DNA of 64,000 nucleotides from Eledone cirrhosa (Eukaryota): NCBI GenBank assembly GCA_964016885.1, contig OZ024749.1, positions 27,900,001 to 27,964,000 of the forward strand, read 5' to 3'. Shown piece by piece: positions 12,757 to 25,612 of this stretch (position 1 is its first letter; each line of letters starts with the position of its first letter). The notes under the pieces were generated by a model. It saw only the letters and a program-made list of their open reading frames with translations, ran no database searches and was not told where the DNA came from. The position numbers and the translations under genes were made by a program.

Positions 12757-13797
12757 AACAATGGGTACACAAGAGATGTAGCGGGATCTCAGGAAGCTTA
12801 ATTAAGAATGTAGGATTCACATGCAGCAGCTGTGCTGAAACAGCAAGCAAACAGCCACAGGAAACAAGTACCACCAATCTCTGGGAGGGCCCTGTAGAAA
12901 CAGTAGACAGCTTCTGCTACCTAGGTGACCGAATTAGCAACGGAGGTGGGTGCTCAGAAAGTACAATAACTAGGGTAAGAACGGGATGGAAGAAGTTTAG
13001 GGAACTACTACCACTGCTAGCTGCAAAAGGCTTCTCCCTCAGAATGAAAGGCAGACTGTATGATGCGTGTATCCGAACAGCGATGTTGCATGGTAGTGAG
13101 ACCTGGGCGCTGAAGGTGGAAGACTTACGTAGATTAGAGAGAAACGAAGCCTGCATGCTCCGATGGATGTGTAACAGTAATATACGTGAACGACAAAGCA
13201 TAAATGAATTGAGAGAGAGACTGAGCATAAGAGGAATCAAATGCTGCGTGCAGGAGAGGCGGTTACGCTGGTATGGACATGTGATGCGTATGAAGGATGA
13301 CAGCTGCATAAAAAGGTGCAGAGCACTAGAAGTTGATGGAAACCGCGGAGTGGGGAGACCCAAGATGACTTGGGATGAGGTGATAAAAGCCGACCTTACC
13401 CAACTACACCTCTCAAAGTCAATGACACACGACCGTGACTTCTGGCGTCACGCAGTAATACAGGGTACCCGACCTCCCATGGGTACATGCTGAAGCATAT
13501 AAACAATATGCCCCCCCCCCCCCCCACCGCAAGGTGGTCGTGGAGGTGCCACGGCAAAAAAGCACCCAGCCCACACTGTAAAGTGGACGTGTAGGCGCCA
13601 CGAAAAAGCACCCAGCACTCACTGTAAATGAGGTTGGTGTTAGGAAGGGCATCCAGCTGTAGAAATCAAGCCAGATCAGTTCCTGTATGAGCAAGGCATG
13701 GTCAGCCGACCAGACACTGCCCACAACAGGACAACCCGTCTAACCCATGCTAGCGTGGAAGAACGGACGTAAAACGGTGATGATGATGATGATGATG
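12757..13797 (+). mobile_element. 5'-truncated RTE LINE: open C-terminal ORF (~245 aa, ends 13493) plus ~300-bp 3'UTR
   Basis: WVHKRCSG..FTCSSC, VDSFCYLGD, LYDACIRTAMLHGSETW, RRLRWYGHVMR, GRPKMTW; (ATG)n tail. Confidence 0.92.
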
Positions 13798-14289
13798 ATA
13801 TATATATATACACACGCACATATACATACATGCACACACACATATGTATTTACACACACACATATATATCCATACCTACATGTGTACAACTATGTACACT
13901 CAACCAACCAACCAACCCACATAATTCTTATTAACAACATCCATTTTTTTTTACCAATACTCCAAAGAATTTTAAGATGGAATTCCTTGGTGAAAGATTA
14001 TTGGGAATAAACTTTCATTTCAGTTGGGTTCCATTTTGGTTTTATTTCGATTTTTTTCCTCAGGAATTTATTGATTGGGAAAGAGAAGTCAATATTAAGA
14101 CAATGGGAGTCTGGTGCCATGGAGAATACTAAAGGGGTTTATCTCTAGTTATTGGATTTCCTCTTCAGAACGGAACTCTTCATTAGTTTCCAATAAAAAT
14201 GAAATCTTTGAAGAATAAAGAGAAGCTAAATGCCAATAGAATATCACACAGAGTTTGATGGGATATCGTCTAAAGTGACTTTACATGAT

Positions 14290-14625
14290 ATCTTCTTCAT
14301 TATCGTTGTTGTCATCATCATTCTCGTTGTCATCATCATCATCATTCTCGTTGTCATCATCATCATTCTCCTCGTTATCATCGTCATTCTCGTTGTCATC
14401 GTCATTCTCGTTGTCATCATCATCATTCTCGTTGTCATCATCGTCATTCTCGTTGTCATCATCATCATCATCGTTGTCATCATCATCATCATCGTCATCA
14501 TCCTCCTCGTTGTCATTATCATCCTTGATATCCTCATCATCAGTCATCAACATCATCATCATCATCACTGCCCTTATCACTGTGCTCGTTGTCATCATCG
14601 TCACCATCATTGTCATCAATCGCCA
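14290..14625. repeat. (CAT/CGT/TGT)n-based minisatellite
   Basis: CTCGTTGTCATCATCATCATT units. Confidence 0.9.
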
Positions 14626-15876
14626 CCTCTATCGTCCTCATTCACCACCATAAAACACACACAAATATATTCATTGATCAGGTGAGTCTAGAGGCTGCTA
14701 ATCACTCGAAGTTGCGTCACTTGATCTCCAATACATTCTTTACCTCTGATCAAATCCTCAGAACATATACAAATATATATACATACATATATATATATAT
14801 ATATATACATACATACATATATTTATTAAAATAACAGATTAAAGTTTAAGCAAAGAATCGCTGCTTTCACCCTTAACGGGATCTTCTGAAACTAACAAAG
14901 TCAATCTGTGAACGCAGAAGTGGATATTTCAAAAAACGTTGCAACTGGAGGAAGACAGGAAGACGATACTTTGGCTCGTGGAAACGTTCCCTGGCAAAGA
15001 ACGGGAAAAAACGAATATAATACGTCATTAATAGCAGCGGTGAAAAATAATTACGCGCAAAGACGGAACCACGTTTATGGTATAAAAGAAGTCGTAGACT
15101 AATGTTCTCTTAGGTGGTTCATAGAGACGTTCTCTGGCAATGAACGGAAAAAAACGAAGATAATACGTCATATGTGAAGCGTGGAGAACAATTGCACGCA
15201 AAGACAAAAGCACGTAAATGGTATAGCTGAAGTTGTAGACTAAATTCTAACTAGGAAACCGAATGAATTTCCGCTTCAGAGTATATTTTTAAAAAAAACT
15301 GCGATAATATTGCTTTATGCTGAACTCCATATTTTTTGTTGAGTTTTTTCGGAATGTTTTGACTGCTGTTTCTTGTAGACAGACTTTCGTCTCACCCCGG
15401 CATCACCAGCCAGTCTCCACGTGTGTTTTTACTATTTCAATTCCACACGATGTTTGACTTGCCTGCTTTTAAATTCCCCTCTGGCATATTTTAGCAGTGT
15501 GACTTAGTTAACGTGTTGAGCGCTACTGAGGAACGATGCCAACCGCGACTAACCCCACTGAAAAGTTTCATGAAATAGTCTTTTAAGACTATATAGTGCA
15601 TTTGTAGATTATCCCAAATTGACGGATAAGTATTTCTTCTTGATTTTATTTTGAGTTAAGATTCTATTAGTTTTTTCCCCAGATTACACAAAATCTGAGG
15701 ATAAAATTTTTCTTCTTGACTTGTTTTTAATTAAGATTGAATTATTTTCCCATATCTTGCGTTAAATATTTTTCATCTTGATGTTATAGTCACTTATATG
15801 TCTGAATTATTGTCGGCTTCTTGCTTACATTAATTTCTCTATTTTCATTTATATATATATATATATATACACTTTG

Positions 15877-16093
15877 TTAACCCTTTACATTACTCTATAT
15901 TTACTATTGTATTTTCATGATAAAGGCTTTACCTTACATAACTTTCTCACCTGATATAGAATATGAGATTTTGATATTTATTTTGAGAACAATCCCTTAA
16001 CATCAGTATGAGTGGCTGGTTACAACCGGTTTGAATAAAAAGAGGTGAGAGAATTCTGGCCGGACACAGCCGGTTTAAATGTTAAAGGGCTAA
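15877..16093 (-). mobile_element. piggyBac-type MITE (~215 bp)
   Basis: TTAA-CCCTTTA..TAAAGGG-(C)TAA termini; same family as 22662-22888. Confidence 0.75.
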
Positions 16094-16404
16094 GGTATCG
16101 ATACACATATACATATTAGTTACATAATGATCATGTTTTTTCAATAAAAAAGCTCAATGGACTTTAGTCCAGAGCATCAATTATACAAATGTAAAAGATA
16201 TACAGGGTGTGGATGATATATAGCCATATATCTTTTGAGAAACACATAGCATTTGTACACATATTTTCCTACATGTTATTTGCTCTATATGAGTACAAAA
16301 ATGATGTTTCTCAAATGATATATGGTTCTTCTTCCTCTCTCTCTCTCTCCTTTCTCTATATATATCTTTTACATTTGTATGTGTGTGTGTGTGTGTGTGT
16401 ATAT

Positions 16405-16445
<41 letters not shown>

Positions 16446-16689
16446 CATATATATTCTCATCATCATTTTATGTCTGCTTTTCCCTGCTTGCAAGGGTGGG
16501 ATATATGTATATATATATGTGTGTGTGTACATATGTATATATATATATATAGGAAAAGTAAAAAACAAGAACAATAACAAGGAGTGCAGTTACGAACAGT
16601 GTTGGTATTAGGTTCATGTGTTTATATATATAGTGGAATTTATTGAAGTCACATTTGCACAATGACGAGTTGATTTATCTTAGTTGGCA

Positions 16690-16776
<87 letters not shown>

Positions 16777-17174
16777 TACATATTTATATATACACATAGG
16801 AGCCGTCCCATCCTTCCAAGTAGGGAAAAGCGGACGTAAAATGATGATGATGATACACACACACAAACATACAAACAAGAAGAACCATTTTAAGGGCCAT
16901 CATCCCTCCTAAAGCAAGGGTTATCCCTGCAGGGAGCTGGGGTGTGTGTGGGGTGCCATGACAAACTTCATATCCCATCATGGGATCCTTTTTGAAGAAA
17001 TATTTTACAGCCTGATGCCTTGTATCAGTCCAGATCCCATTAAAAACTGACATTTTATCTTTATGGACAGTTCTGACTCAACATCCAATTGTTGCTAGAT
17101 GGTGCTACAGTCTCTCTTTCTCTCCCTTTCTCTCTCTCCCTCTCTCATCCAATAGTTGCTAGATGGCACTCTAG

Positions 17175-17207
<33 letters not shown>

Positions 17208-18049
17208 TATATATGCATCCACACACTAACATATCTATGCATATATATGCATGCACAAACATGCACACACACACACAATCAAATACGTTCATGCACATAC
17301 AAACACATACATGTACACACACATGTACATACATAGATGCACACACATGTATACACATACACACATACTGACAGTATATGAAGAATTGTGATTCAACTGT
17401 TAACAGTGTTTGATAGACAGCAGCATTGTCTGTCTGTCTCTCCCTTACACCACATACACACACATACATCCATCCATACATACACAGACACATGCACTAA
17501 CCCGGACATACACACATACTGCTTTAACTCCCTCACACAAACATTCATACACTAACACACAAACACTCATATACTAACGCTGACATACACTCACACAAAC
17601 ACTCATACACTAACTCTGACATATATATACACACAAGCATTCATGAACAAAGCCTGACATACACACACACATACATGCACTAACTTTGACATACACACAC
17701 ATACACACTAGATCATAATTCAAACTAAACATTAGCCATCCACCCAGCTCCATTCCTGTACAGGAGCAAGAGTGGAGAGCCCCTCCCCAGAGAAAACCCA
17801 GGGGACCTCGCTCCCCTTTATCTAGGGAATACCTCATAAAAACAAAATATATAATATGTTGATCTAATCATTATTAAACACTTCCTTTTCTTAGAATTTT
17901 CTAAGAAAAAAAAAATTATATACACACATACACACACACATATATATATATATATATTGCAGTCTGCCATAAGCATTTTTTGGTTTACAGAAAAATGTTC
18001 AAGTTTATACAAGACTTGTAGACTACACAATCATTTTATAGACTACGCA

Positions 18050-18330
18050 GACATTTTGTAGAGAATACACGGCCATGTTGTAAACTACACTGCCATGTTG
18101 TAAACTACACTGCCATGTTGTAGACTACACAGCCATGTTGTAAACTACACTGCCATGTTGTAAACTACACTGCCATGTTGTAGACTACACAGCCATGTTG
18201 TAAACTACACTGCCATGTTGTAGACTACACAGCCATGTTGTAAACTACACTGCCATGTTGTAGACTACACAGCTATGTTGTAGACTACACAGCCATTTTA
18301 TAAACTAAATGGCCGTTTTATAAACTACAG
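18050..18330. repeat. 20-bp minisatellite (GCCATGTTGTA(A/G)ACTACAC(T/A))
   Basis: Read directly. Confidence 0.95.
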
Positions 18331-18693
18331 AAATATTAAGAAATTTACAGGCATATTTTGTAGAGTATATACAAGTATTTTGTTGAGTATAGACTGATTT
18401 TGTAGAGACGCCAGGTACATTATATTGAAGATACAGAAGCATTTTATAAACTGTTGTTTTAGGAGAACCTAAAGTAAACATTTAAACAACAACAACAGCA
18501 GTAGTAACAACAGCAATAATAGTTATAGTAACAACAACAGCAATAACAGGTGTAGTAGCAACAACAATAACAACACAAGACATCATGAAACAGTAAACTA
18601 GAGCCAGAATGATGTTTGAAGAAACCTTAACAATGTCTGTTGACAAAAGAGAGAAACCTCAGACTGGCATTGCCTCAAGACATACAACATAAC

Positions 18694-18735
<42 letters not shown>

Positions 18736-20071
18736 GGGAGAGAGGGGGAGATGTGGGGAGAGGGAGAGAGGAGAGAGAGGGGGATGTGGGGAGAGAGGGG
18801 GAGATGTGGGGAGAGAGGGGGAGATGTGGGGAGAGGGGGGGGAGAGTGAGAGGTATAAATAAAGAGAGACATAGACAGAGAGGTATAGATAGAGAGACAG
18901 ATAGATAGCGAGAGGGACATAGAGAGAGTGAGAGAGGTATAGATAGAGAGAGAGAGAGAGACAGATAATGAGAGGTATAGATAGTTAGATAGAGAGAGGT
19001 ATAGATAAAGGGGTAGAGAGAGAGAGAGGTATAGATAAAGGGGTAGAGAGAGAGAGAGAGAGAGACAAGGCTTTTGATAGAGAATACTAATTTCTGGTAT
19101 GAATGAACACATTTAAAAACATTTAGAACATTTGTACACATATACACATATATATACAGACACCCTCCTCACACACCACATACACACACATACACACCCT
19201 CGCACACACACCACATACACACAGCCACACATACACCATACACACACTAGATGCAGACACCCAGACATACACCCACACCACACACACCGTACCCACCCCA
19301 AATACTCTCACACACTACACCCTCGCGCACACACATCACACATCACACACACACACCACAGATGCAGACACCCAGACATACACCCACACCATACCCACCC
19401 CAAATACTCTCACACACTACACCCTCGCACACACACACACACACCAGATGCAGACACCCAGACATACACCCACACCACACACCATACCCTCTCACACACA
19501 CACCACACCCTCACACTCACTCAGCCCTCCTTTGCTTTACATTTGTGATCCACGGATTCTAAACCAAAACTTTAGAACAGTTTTTTTTAAGGCAGATCAT
19601 AGTCTTCTAGTGTATGTGTAAGAGACAGACCAATAGCCTATACATTTAATATAATATAGATTTACGAAGAGTTAGGTTTTTTTGGTCATGAACCCAGCTG
19701 TCCTGGCCTGATATTACACTAGTACAAGCAAAACACTCAAATACCACACATATTTCAATTGGTTTTGTTTAGTTTGTATGTAAAAAATATTTAATGTTAT
19801 TAAAATTCAGCTTAGTGAAAAGTATGCTTTCCTAAATACCCCCTTCCCACCACCACCACCACCTCAAATCTGCATGTGATCGTGACAGCTATCATATACC
19901 CACGCAACCTATATATATATATATATACAGATGCATACCCATATATATACATACAGATATATATGCATACATACAGATATATATGCATACATATATATAT
20001 ATGCATACATATATATATATATATATAGATGCATACCAATATATATGCATACATACATACAGATATATATG

Positions 20072-20111
<40 letters not shown>

Positions 20112-20216
20112 TATGTATATATATATATATACTTATATACATATATAAACACACACATGTATATAAATATACACGTGTTTATGTGTGTTAGAGTAACTGG
20201 ATGTTAAATGCTGATG

Positions 20217-20264
<48 letters not shown>

Positions 20265-20524
20265 TACACATACACACACACACACAAATACATATTTGAA
20301 AATACAGTCACTACGATGTAGAAAACTACAAATAATACTTGAATAAATAAGTACAGTAAGACTGGAGATGTACAAATGTGGGCAGAGATGTCTACAGGGG
20401 GTTCAATAAGGTGTACAGCATATGGCAAGAGAGCAAGTCTAACAATTGCTTTTGTTAAGGGTTTCAGTCAAAACCAGACAGACAGACACACCCTTTTGAT
20501 CCCTTCCTCTTCATCTCACCTCGA

Positions 20525-21385
20525 ACACAAACGTGACCCAGTAAAACATCCCACAAACGTGACCCAGTAGAACATCCCACAAACGTGACCCAGTAGAACA
20601 TCCCACAAACGTAACCCAGTAGAACATTCCACAACCATGACCCAGTAGAGCATCCCACAAATGTGACCCAGTAGAACATCTCACAACCATGACCCAGTAG
20701 AACATCCCACAACCATGACCCAGTAGAACATCCCACAACCATGACCTAGTAAAACATCCCACATACAAGACCCAGTAGAACATCCCACAACCATGACCCA
20801 GTAGAACATCCCACAACCATGACCCAGTAGAACATCCCACAACCATGACCCAGTAGAACATCCCACAACCATGACCCAGTAAAACATCCCAGAAACGTGA
20901 CCCAGTAAAACATCCCACATACAAGACCCAGTAGAACATCCCACAAACGTGACCCAGTAGAACATCCCACAACCATGACCCAGTAGAACATCCCACAACC
21001 ATGACCCAGTAAAACATCCCACAACCGTGACCCAGTAGAACATCTCACAACCATGACCCAGTAGAACATCTCACAACCATGACCCAGTAAAACATCCCAC
21101 AAACGTGACCCAGTAAAACATCCCACATACGAGACCCAGTAAAACATCCCACAAACGTGACCCAGTAGAACATCCCACAACCATGACCCAGTAGAACATC
21201 CCACAACCGTGACCCAGTAGAACATCCCACAAACATGACCTAGTAGAACATCCCACAACCATGACCTAGTAAAACATCCCACAACCGTGACCTAGTAGAG
21301 CATCCCACAAACGTGACCCGGTTGAACATCCCACAAACGTGACCCAGTAGAGCATCTCACAAACTTGACCTGGTAGAACATCCAG
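20525..21385. repeat. 26-bp minisatellite (ACAACCATGACCCAGTAGAACATCCC)
   Basis: Read directly; explains the repetitive minus-strand ORFs. Confidence 0.95.
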
Positions 21386-21772
21386 GGTGTGATAGCTGGA
21401 AGAAGAGAGGACCACACCAGCACTTCCCCTGTTACTTTTTATCAACCCCTGACCAAGTGAAAGGCACAATAGTGGATTGGAACTCAGAGCAATGAGAACC
21501 AGACTGTTAAATTGATCACCACCATCATCATCATCATCAACGTCTGCTTTTCTATGCTGGCATGGGTTGGGAGGACCCTTCAGTTTGTGTTAAAACACAT
21601 GACAAATTTTCATTGGCCTTTGACTGGATAGAACATATGACCATATGCAAGCCAGATATAGACCCCTTAGCCTCTCTGGGAGGTCAGTAGCCTCACTTCA
21701 GTACTGACTTGGTCTATGTAGATCTGTCCAACCCTTGCTAGCAGGGAAAGTGGATGTTAAATGATGATGATG

Positions 21773-21806
<34 letters not shown>

Positions 21807-21973
21807 TTATATATATATATATATATATATATAAACATGGTGGTAAGTCATACTATTATTATAAATACTCAACTTTCACATTGTGTGGGTGTGTGTATAT
21901 ATATATATATATATTATATATCATCATCATCATTATCTTTGTTTAACGTCCATATTCCACGCTATATATATAT

Positions 21974-22037
<64 letters not shown>

Positions 22038-22261
22038 AAGTGTATATTGTAATACAGAAAGATTATACAAATATAACACTTGAGATGTAAATATATACAG
22101 CATAAACACACCTACAGTTGCTCGATTTAACAAACATACGGTTTATACACACATACACACACACATATATATATTAATTTGAAAATGTCTCCAGCATTGG
22201 CTAAGATCATACATGAATCAAAAAAATGTTTTATATACATACACATTATATACATACACAT

Positions 22262-22312
<51 letters not shown>

Positions 22313-22409
22313 CGATGTGATACACACACACACAAACATTCACATATATACAGAGTTGATAGTTTTATATTTCAGTCAATCAGAAGAAGACATGCTGTGA
22401 TGTTTCAGC

Positions 22410-22511
22410 ATGACAAAGTTTCTAATCCTCCTACTGCTGTTGGTAGTGGTGGTGGCAGTACAGGACTCTGGGTTTAACAGTAGCAGTCCTGCTTACAGTG
22501 ATGATTTCATG
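22410..22511 (+). CDS. Candidate first coding exon of a small secreted peptide (MTKFLILLLLLVVVVAVQDSGFNSSSPAYSDDFM)
   Basis: Signal-peptide pattern (Lys followed by a 13-residue hydrophobic core); upstream acceptor TTTTATATTTCAG; weak donor ATG|GTTAAT. Confidence 0.45.
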
Positions 22512-22661
22512 GTTAATTAGTCAGTAACGACTATATTATTATATACTTACATGAGTAGATTTTCATAGTATAAAACAACAACGCTCACTTACCTAGAAGA
22601 GAAAATAAGAGAGAGATTTATTACTCATAAGTTAACAACAATTACAATAACAACAAGCAAT

Positions 22662-22888
22662 TTAACCCTTTAGCATTTAAACCAGCCATATCCAGCCAGA
22701 ATTCTCTCACCTCTTTCTGTTCAAACTGGCTGTGACTCTGCTCATACTTATGTTAAGGTATGGTTCTCAAAATAAATAATATCAAAATCTCATAGATTCG
22801 ATATTATGCGAGATAATTATGTAAGATAAAGACTTTACTACGAAATTACAATAGTAAATATAGAGTAATGTAAATGTTAAAGGGTTAA
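22662..22888 (+). mobile_element. piggyBac-type MITE
   Basis: TTAA CCCTTTAGCATTTA ... TAAATGTTAAAGGG TTAA. Confidence 0.85.
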
Positions 22889-23499
22889 AGCTATTTTCTC
22901 TGCTAAAGCAAAGGTTAATTTTGCATGCCTCAAAATAAAGTCTAAAGTCTGTCTTAAGCTTGGAGACACAGTTTCCATAGCATTAAGCAGGGTTAAACCC
23001 CCAGCTATTGCTGGTACTCATTTTCAGCTGAGCATACTGGAGCAATGTGAAATGAAGTGTTTTGCTCAAACCATTAAAATGGATGGTTTTGTTTCATAGA
23101 ACCAGAGCTGATTTTGTCTGGGTTGGTATCTAAAGGGTTAAAATGAACAGTTTTGTATCAACAACAAAAGGATAAAAAGCAAAGTTAACTTGAACAGGAT
23201 TTGAACTCAGAGTGGAATGGGTTGAACAAATATTGCAAAGCAAAGTATTTAATTCAATGGTCTAATAACTCTGTCAAGTCATCCTTACTTTAATATTAGA
23301 TTCTTAAATATTCCAATAGCCATTCTGTTCTTCTATTCATTGAGCTATTGATGTAGTGATGTAAAAAATAAAAAAAATATTAAAAAAAAAATATAATCAA
23401 TAGCTTTCATTTCAATCCATTTAACCCTTTTGATAATAACCCGCCCCAAACCACTTCTATTTCTATAAAAACAAAACCCAGCCATTTTAATTTTTCACA

Positions 23500-23805
23500 T
23501 CCTGTGCCACATGAAACCACATTAGCAAGACATTCTTGAAAAGTACAAAACAGCCCAATGACTGCCTCACATTAAAATATTAAAGTCTTTACTCTAATAC
23601 CGTGCATTTTCACAATGATTTGTCCATCAGTAAATATATTATAAACATTTGAATTAAACCACATGAATCTACATTAGCAAGGTATTTTTGAAAAGTACAA
23701 AACAACTCTATGATTGCATCACATTAAATATCTTTATTTAATACTGTAAATTTTCATAACAATTTGTCCATCAGTAAAAATACTTTAAACATTTTAATTA
23801 ACAAT
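23500..23805. repeat. ~125-bp tandem repeat, reverse-complement relative of 38110-39110
   Basis: CATTAGCAAGACATTCTTGAAAAGTACAAAAC recurs. Confidence 0.75.
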
Positions 23806-24238
23806 CCTGTTCTTGGATGTTTTCTGTTAAATCATTACAAGATGTTAAAAGTTAAGCTGACATAAACAATTGAATTAACAGACACGTTTTTTTTTTTAGA
23901 CATTTTCTGCTGGAACAGGATGTTAAAAATAAATGGGTTTTTGTTTGAATTAAAACCTTCCCTCATAATTTTACATAAGAACCTTTTGTTAAGTTATGCC
24001 CTAAAATACTATGTAAGTAATGAAATAACAATTATAGTTAAACTCTCATTATTTTTCGTTATCTAATTAAAATACAGTCATAAAAGGGTTAAATGACTAG
24101 ATTTAAGTTGAGATCCATTTTGCCTCGATTAGGTTTAGGGATGGGGGGACCATTTTTTAAACACAGACATTTGGGCAATAGATGAAATCACAGAAACCAC
24201 AAAAATCACTATTTGGTTTTTATTGACTCCTTTTGTAG

Positions 24239-24403
24239 AGTGATCTTTCATCAGCAACAACAACAACTCCGTCGAAGCAATTAAATTAACTCAATTTAAT
24301 CAACACTCAATCGATATTTATTGAACATCCTCTATCGAGAGTGAGAAGGAATCCAGACATGATTGGTCCATTTTTTAGTCATGCTATATAAAGTCAACAA
24401 ATG
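24239..24403 (+). pseudogene. Candidate phase-0 exon (165 bp) containing two in-frame TAA codons
   Basis: Acceptor CTCCTTTTGTAG, consensus donor ATG|GTGAGT; SDLSSATTTTPSKQLN*LNLINTQSIFIEHPLSRVRRNPDMIGPFFSHAI*SQQM. Confidence 0.35.
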
Positions 24404-25081
24404 GTGAGTAAGACTGCGGTGGTGTCTATATAAAACATACAATTTGGCAATGTATAATTTGTATATATGTTCTTATGTGTATACATATATATTACATACA
24501 TATATATATATATATATATTCCTACCCATGCTAGCATGGAAGTTGAACATTAAACGATGATGATGATATATATATATATATAATCAATGAAATGTTGGCT
24601 TCTCAGTGAATTTGTTATTTCGATGGCTTTCCAGAAATATAAGGAAAGTTCTGGAAAGGCTTAGAATACAAATATAAACACACACACACATACATATTTC
24701 AAACATACACCAAATATATAAATACACACATATATAGTTCAGGCAAAAACTTAATATTTAATATATATAATCACATTTATTTCAGAGATATATACCATAC
24801 ATATTTCAGGCAAACATCAAGTATATAAATGCACAAAAATATTTCAGACACATTCCATATATATATATATATATATAAATAAATACACACATACACATTA
24901 CAGACATACAACAAATACATAAACACATATATGTTCTAGACATACAAAAATATACGTATATATACACACACACATAAGCACACACACATTCCAGACACGC
25001 ATATATTTGAGACCTGATGCAAGTTATAAATTAGAGTGAGCCTATCTATGTAATATTAGGATCGCCATGTTTTAATTTCAG

Positions 25082-25165
25082 GAGGAAAGCCTCAAGCAAC
25101 TGTCTGAGCTAGCCTGCCGAGAAAACTACAGAAAAAGAACATTCTTGTTCAAAATGAATCAATAA
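25082..25165 (+). CDS. Candidate terminal coding exon (EESLKQLSELACRENYRKRTFLFKMNQ*)
   Basis: Acceptor GTTTTAATTTCAG; phase 0, compatible with 22410-22511. Confidence 0.3.
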   Translation, partial: EESLKQLSELACRENYRKRTFLFKMNQ

Positions 25166-25284
25166 AAGATATTTGAAGATGGTGCAATGGTGCCATAAGT
25201 AAAACTATAAAACTAACCAACTCAACTCTTATTCATGACTAAAAATATTCTAGTATTTATTTATCATCATTATTTTATGTCACT

Positions 25285-25612
25285 TTTATGGTCTGAATTC
25301 AAATCCTTCCAAGGTTAGCTTTACCTTTCATCCTTACGGGGCTGATAAATTAGTACCAGTAATGCACTGGTGTCGATTTAATCGACTTTTCTCCCCCCCC
25401 CCCCAAAAAAAAATTACTGGCCTTGTGCCTAAATCAGAAATCATTATTTTATATCACTCATACGGTCTGAGTTCAAATCCCACCAAGGTTAGCTTTGCCT
25501 TTCATCCTTAGGGGGTTGATAAAATAAAGTACCAGCAACACACTGTAGCCGATTTCATCAAATTTTCCCTCCTCTAAAATTGTTGGATTTGTGCCTAAAT
25601 CAGAAGCCATTA
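25285..25612 (+). mobile_element. Two tandem Meta-domain SINE 3' portions
   Basis: GGTCTGA(A/G)TTCAAATCC..CTTTCATCCTTA(C/G)GGGG(C/T)TGATAAA..GTACCAG twice. Confidence 0.75.

Noticed and set aside
14281-14619. Asp/Asn-rich acidic ORF
   Set aside because: It lies wholly within a trinucleotide-derived repeat that is open in most frames.
16784-17053. Protein-like minus-strand ORF (SVFNGIWTDTRHQAVKYFF..)
   Set aside because: No convincing splice acceptor or recognisable domain, and it runs into repeats; cannot be supported without RNA data.
20525-21385. CRISPR-like regular repeats (also 1-1443, 18050-18330, 48830-50215)
   Set aside because: Head-to-tail units without unique spacers, no cas genes, and a eukaryotic context.
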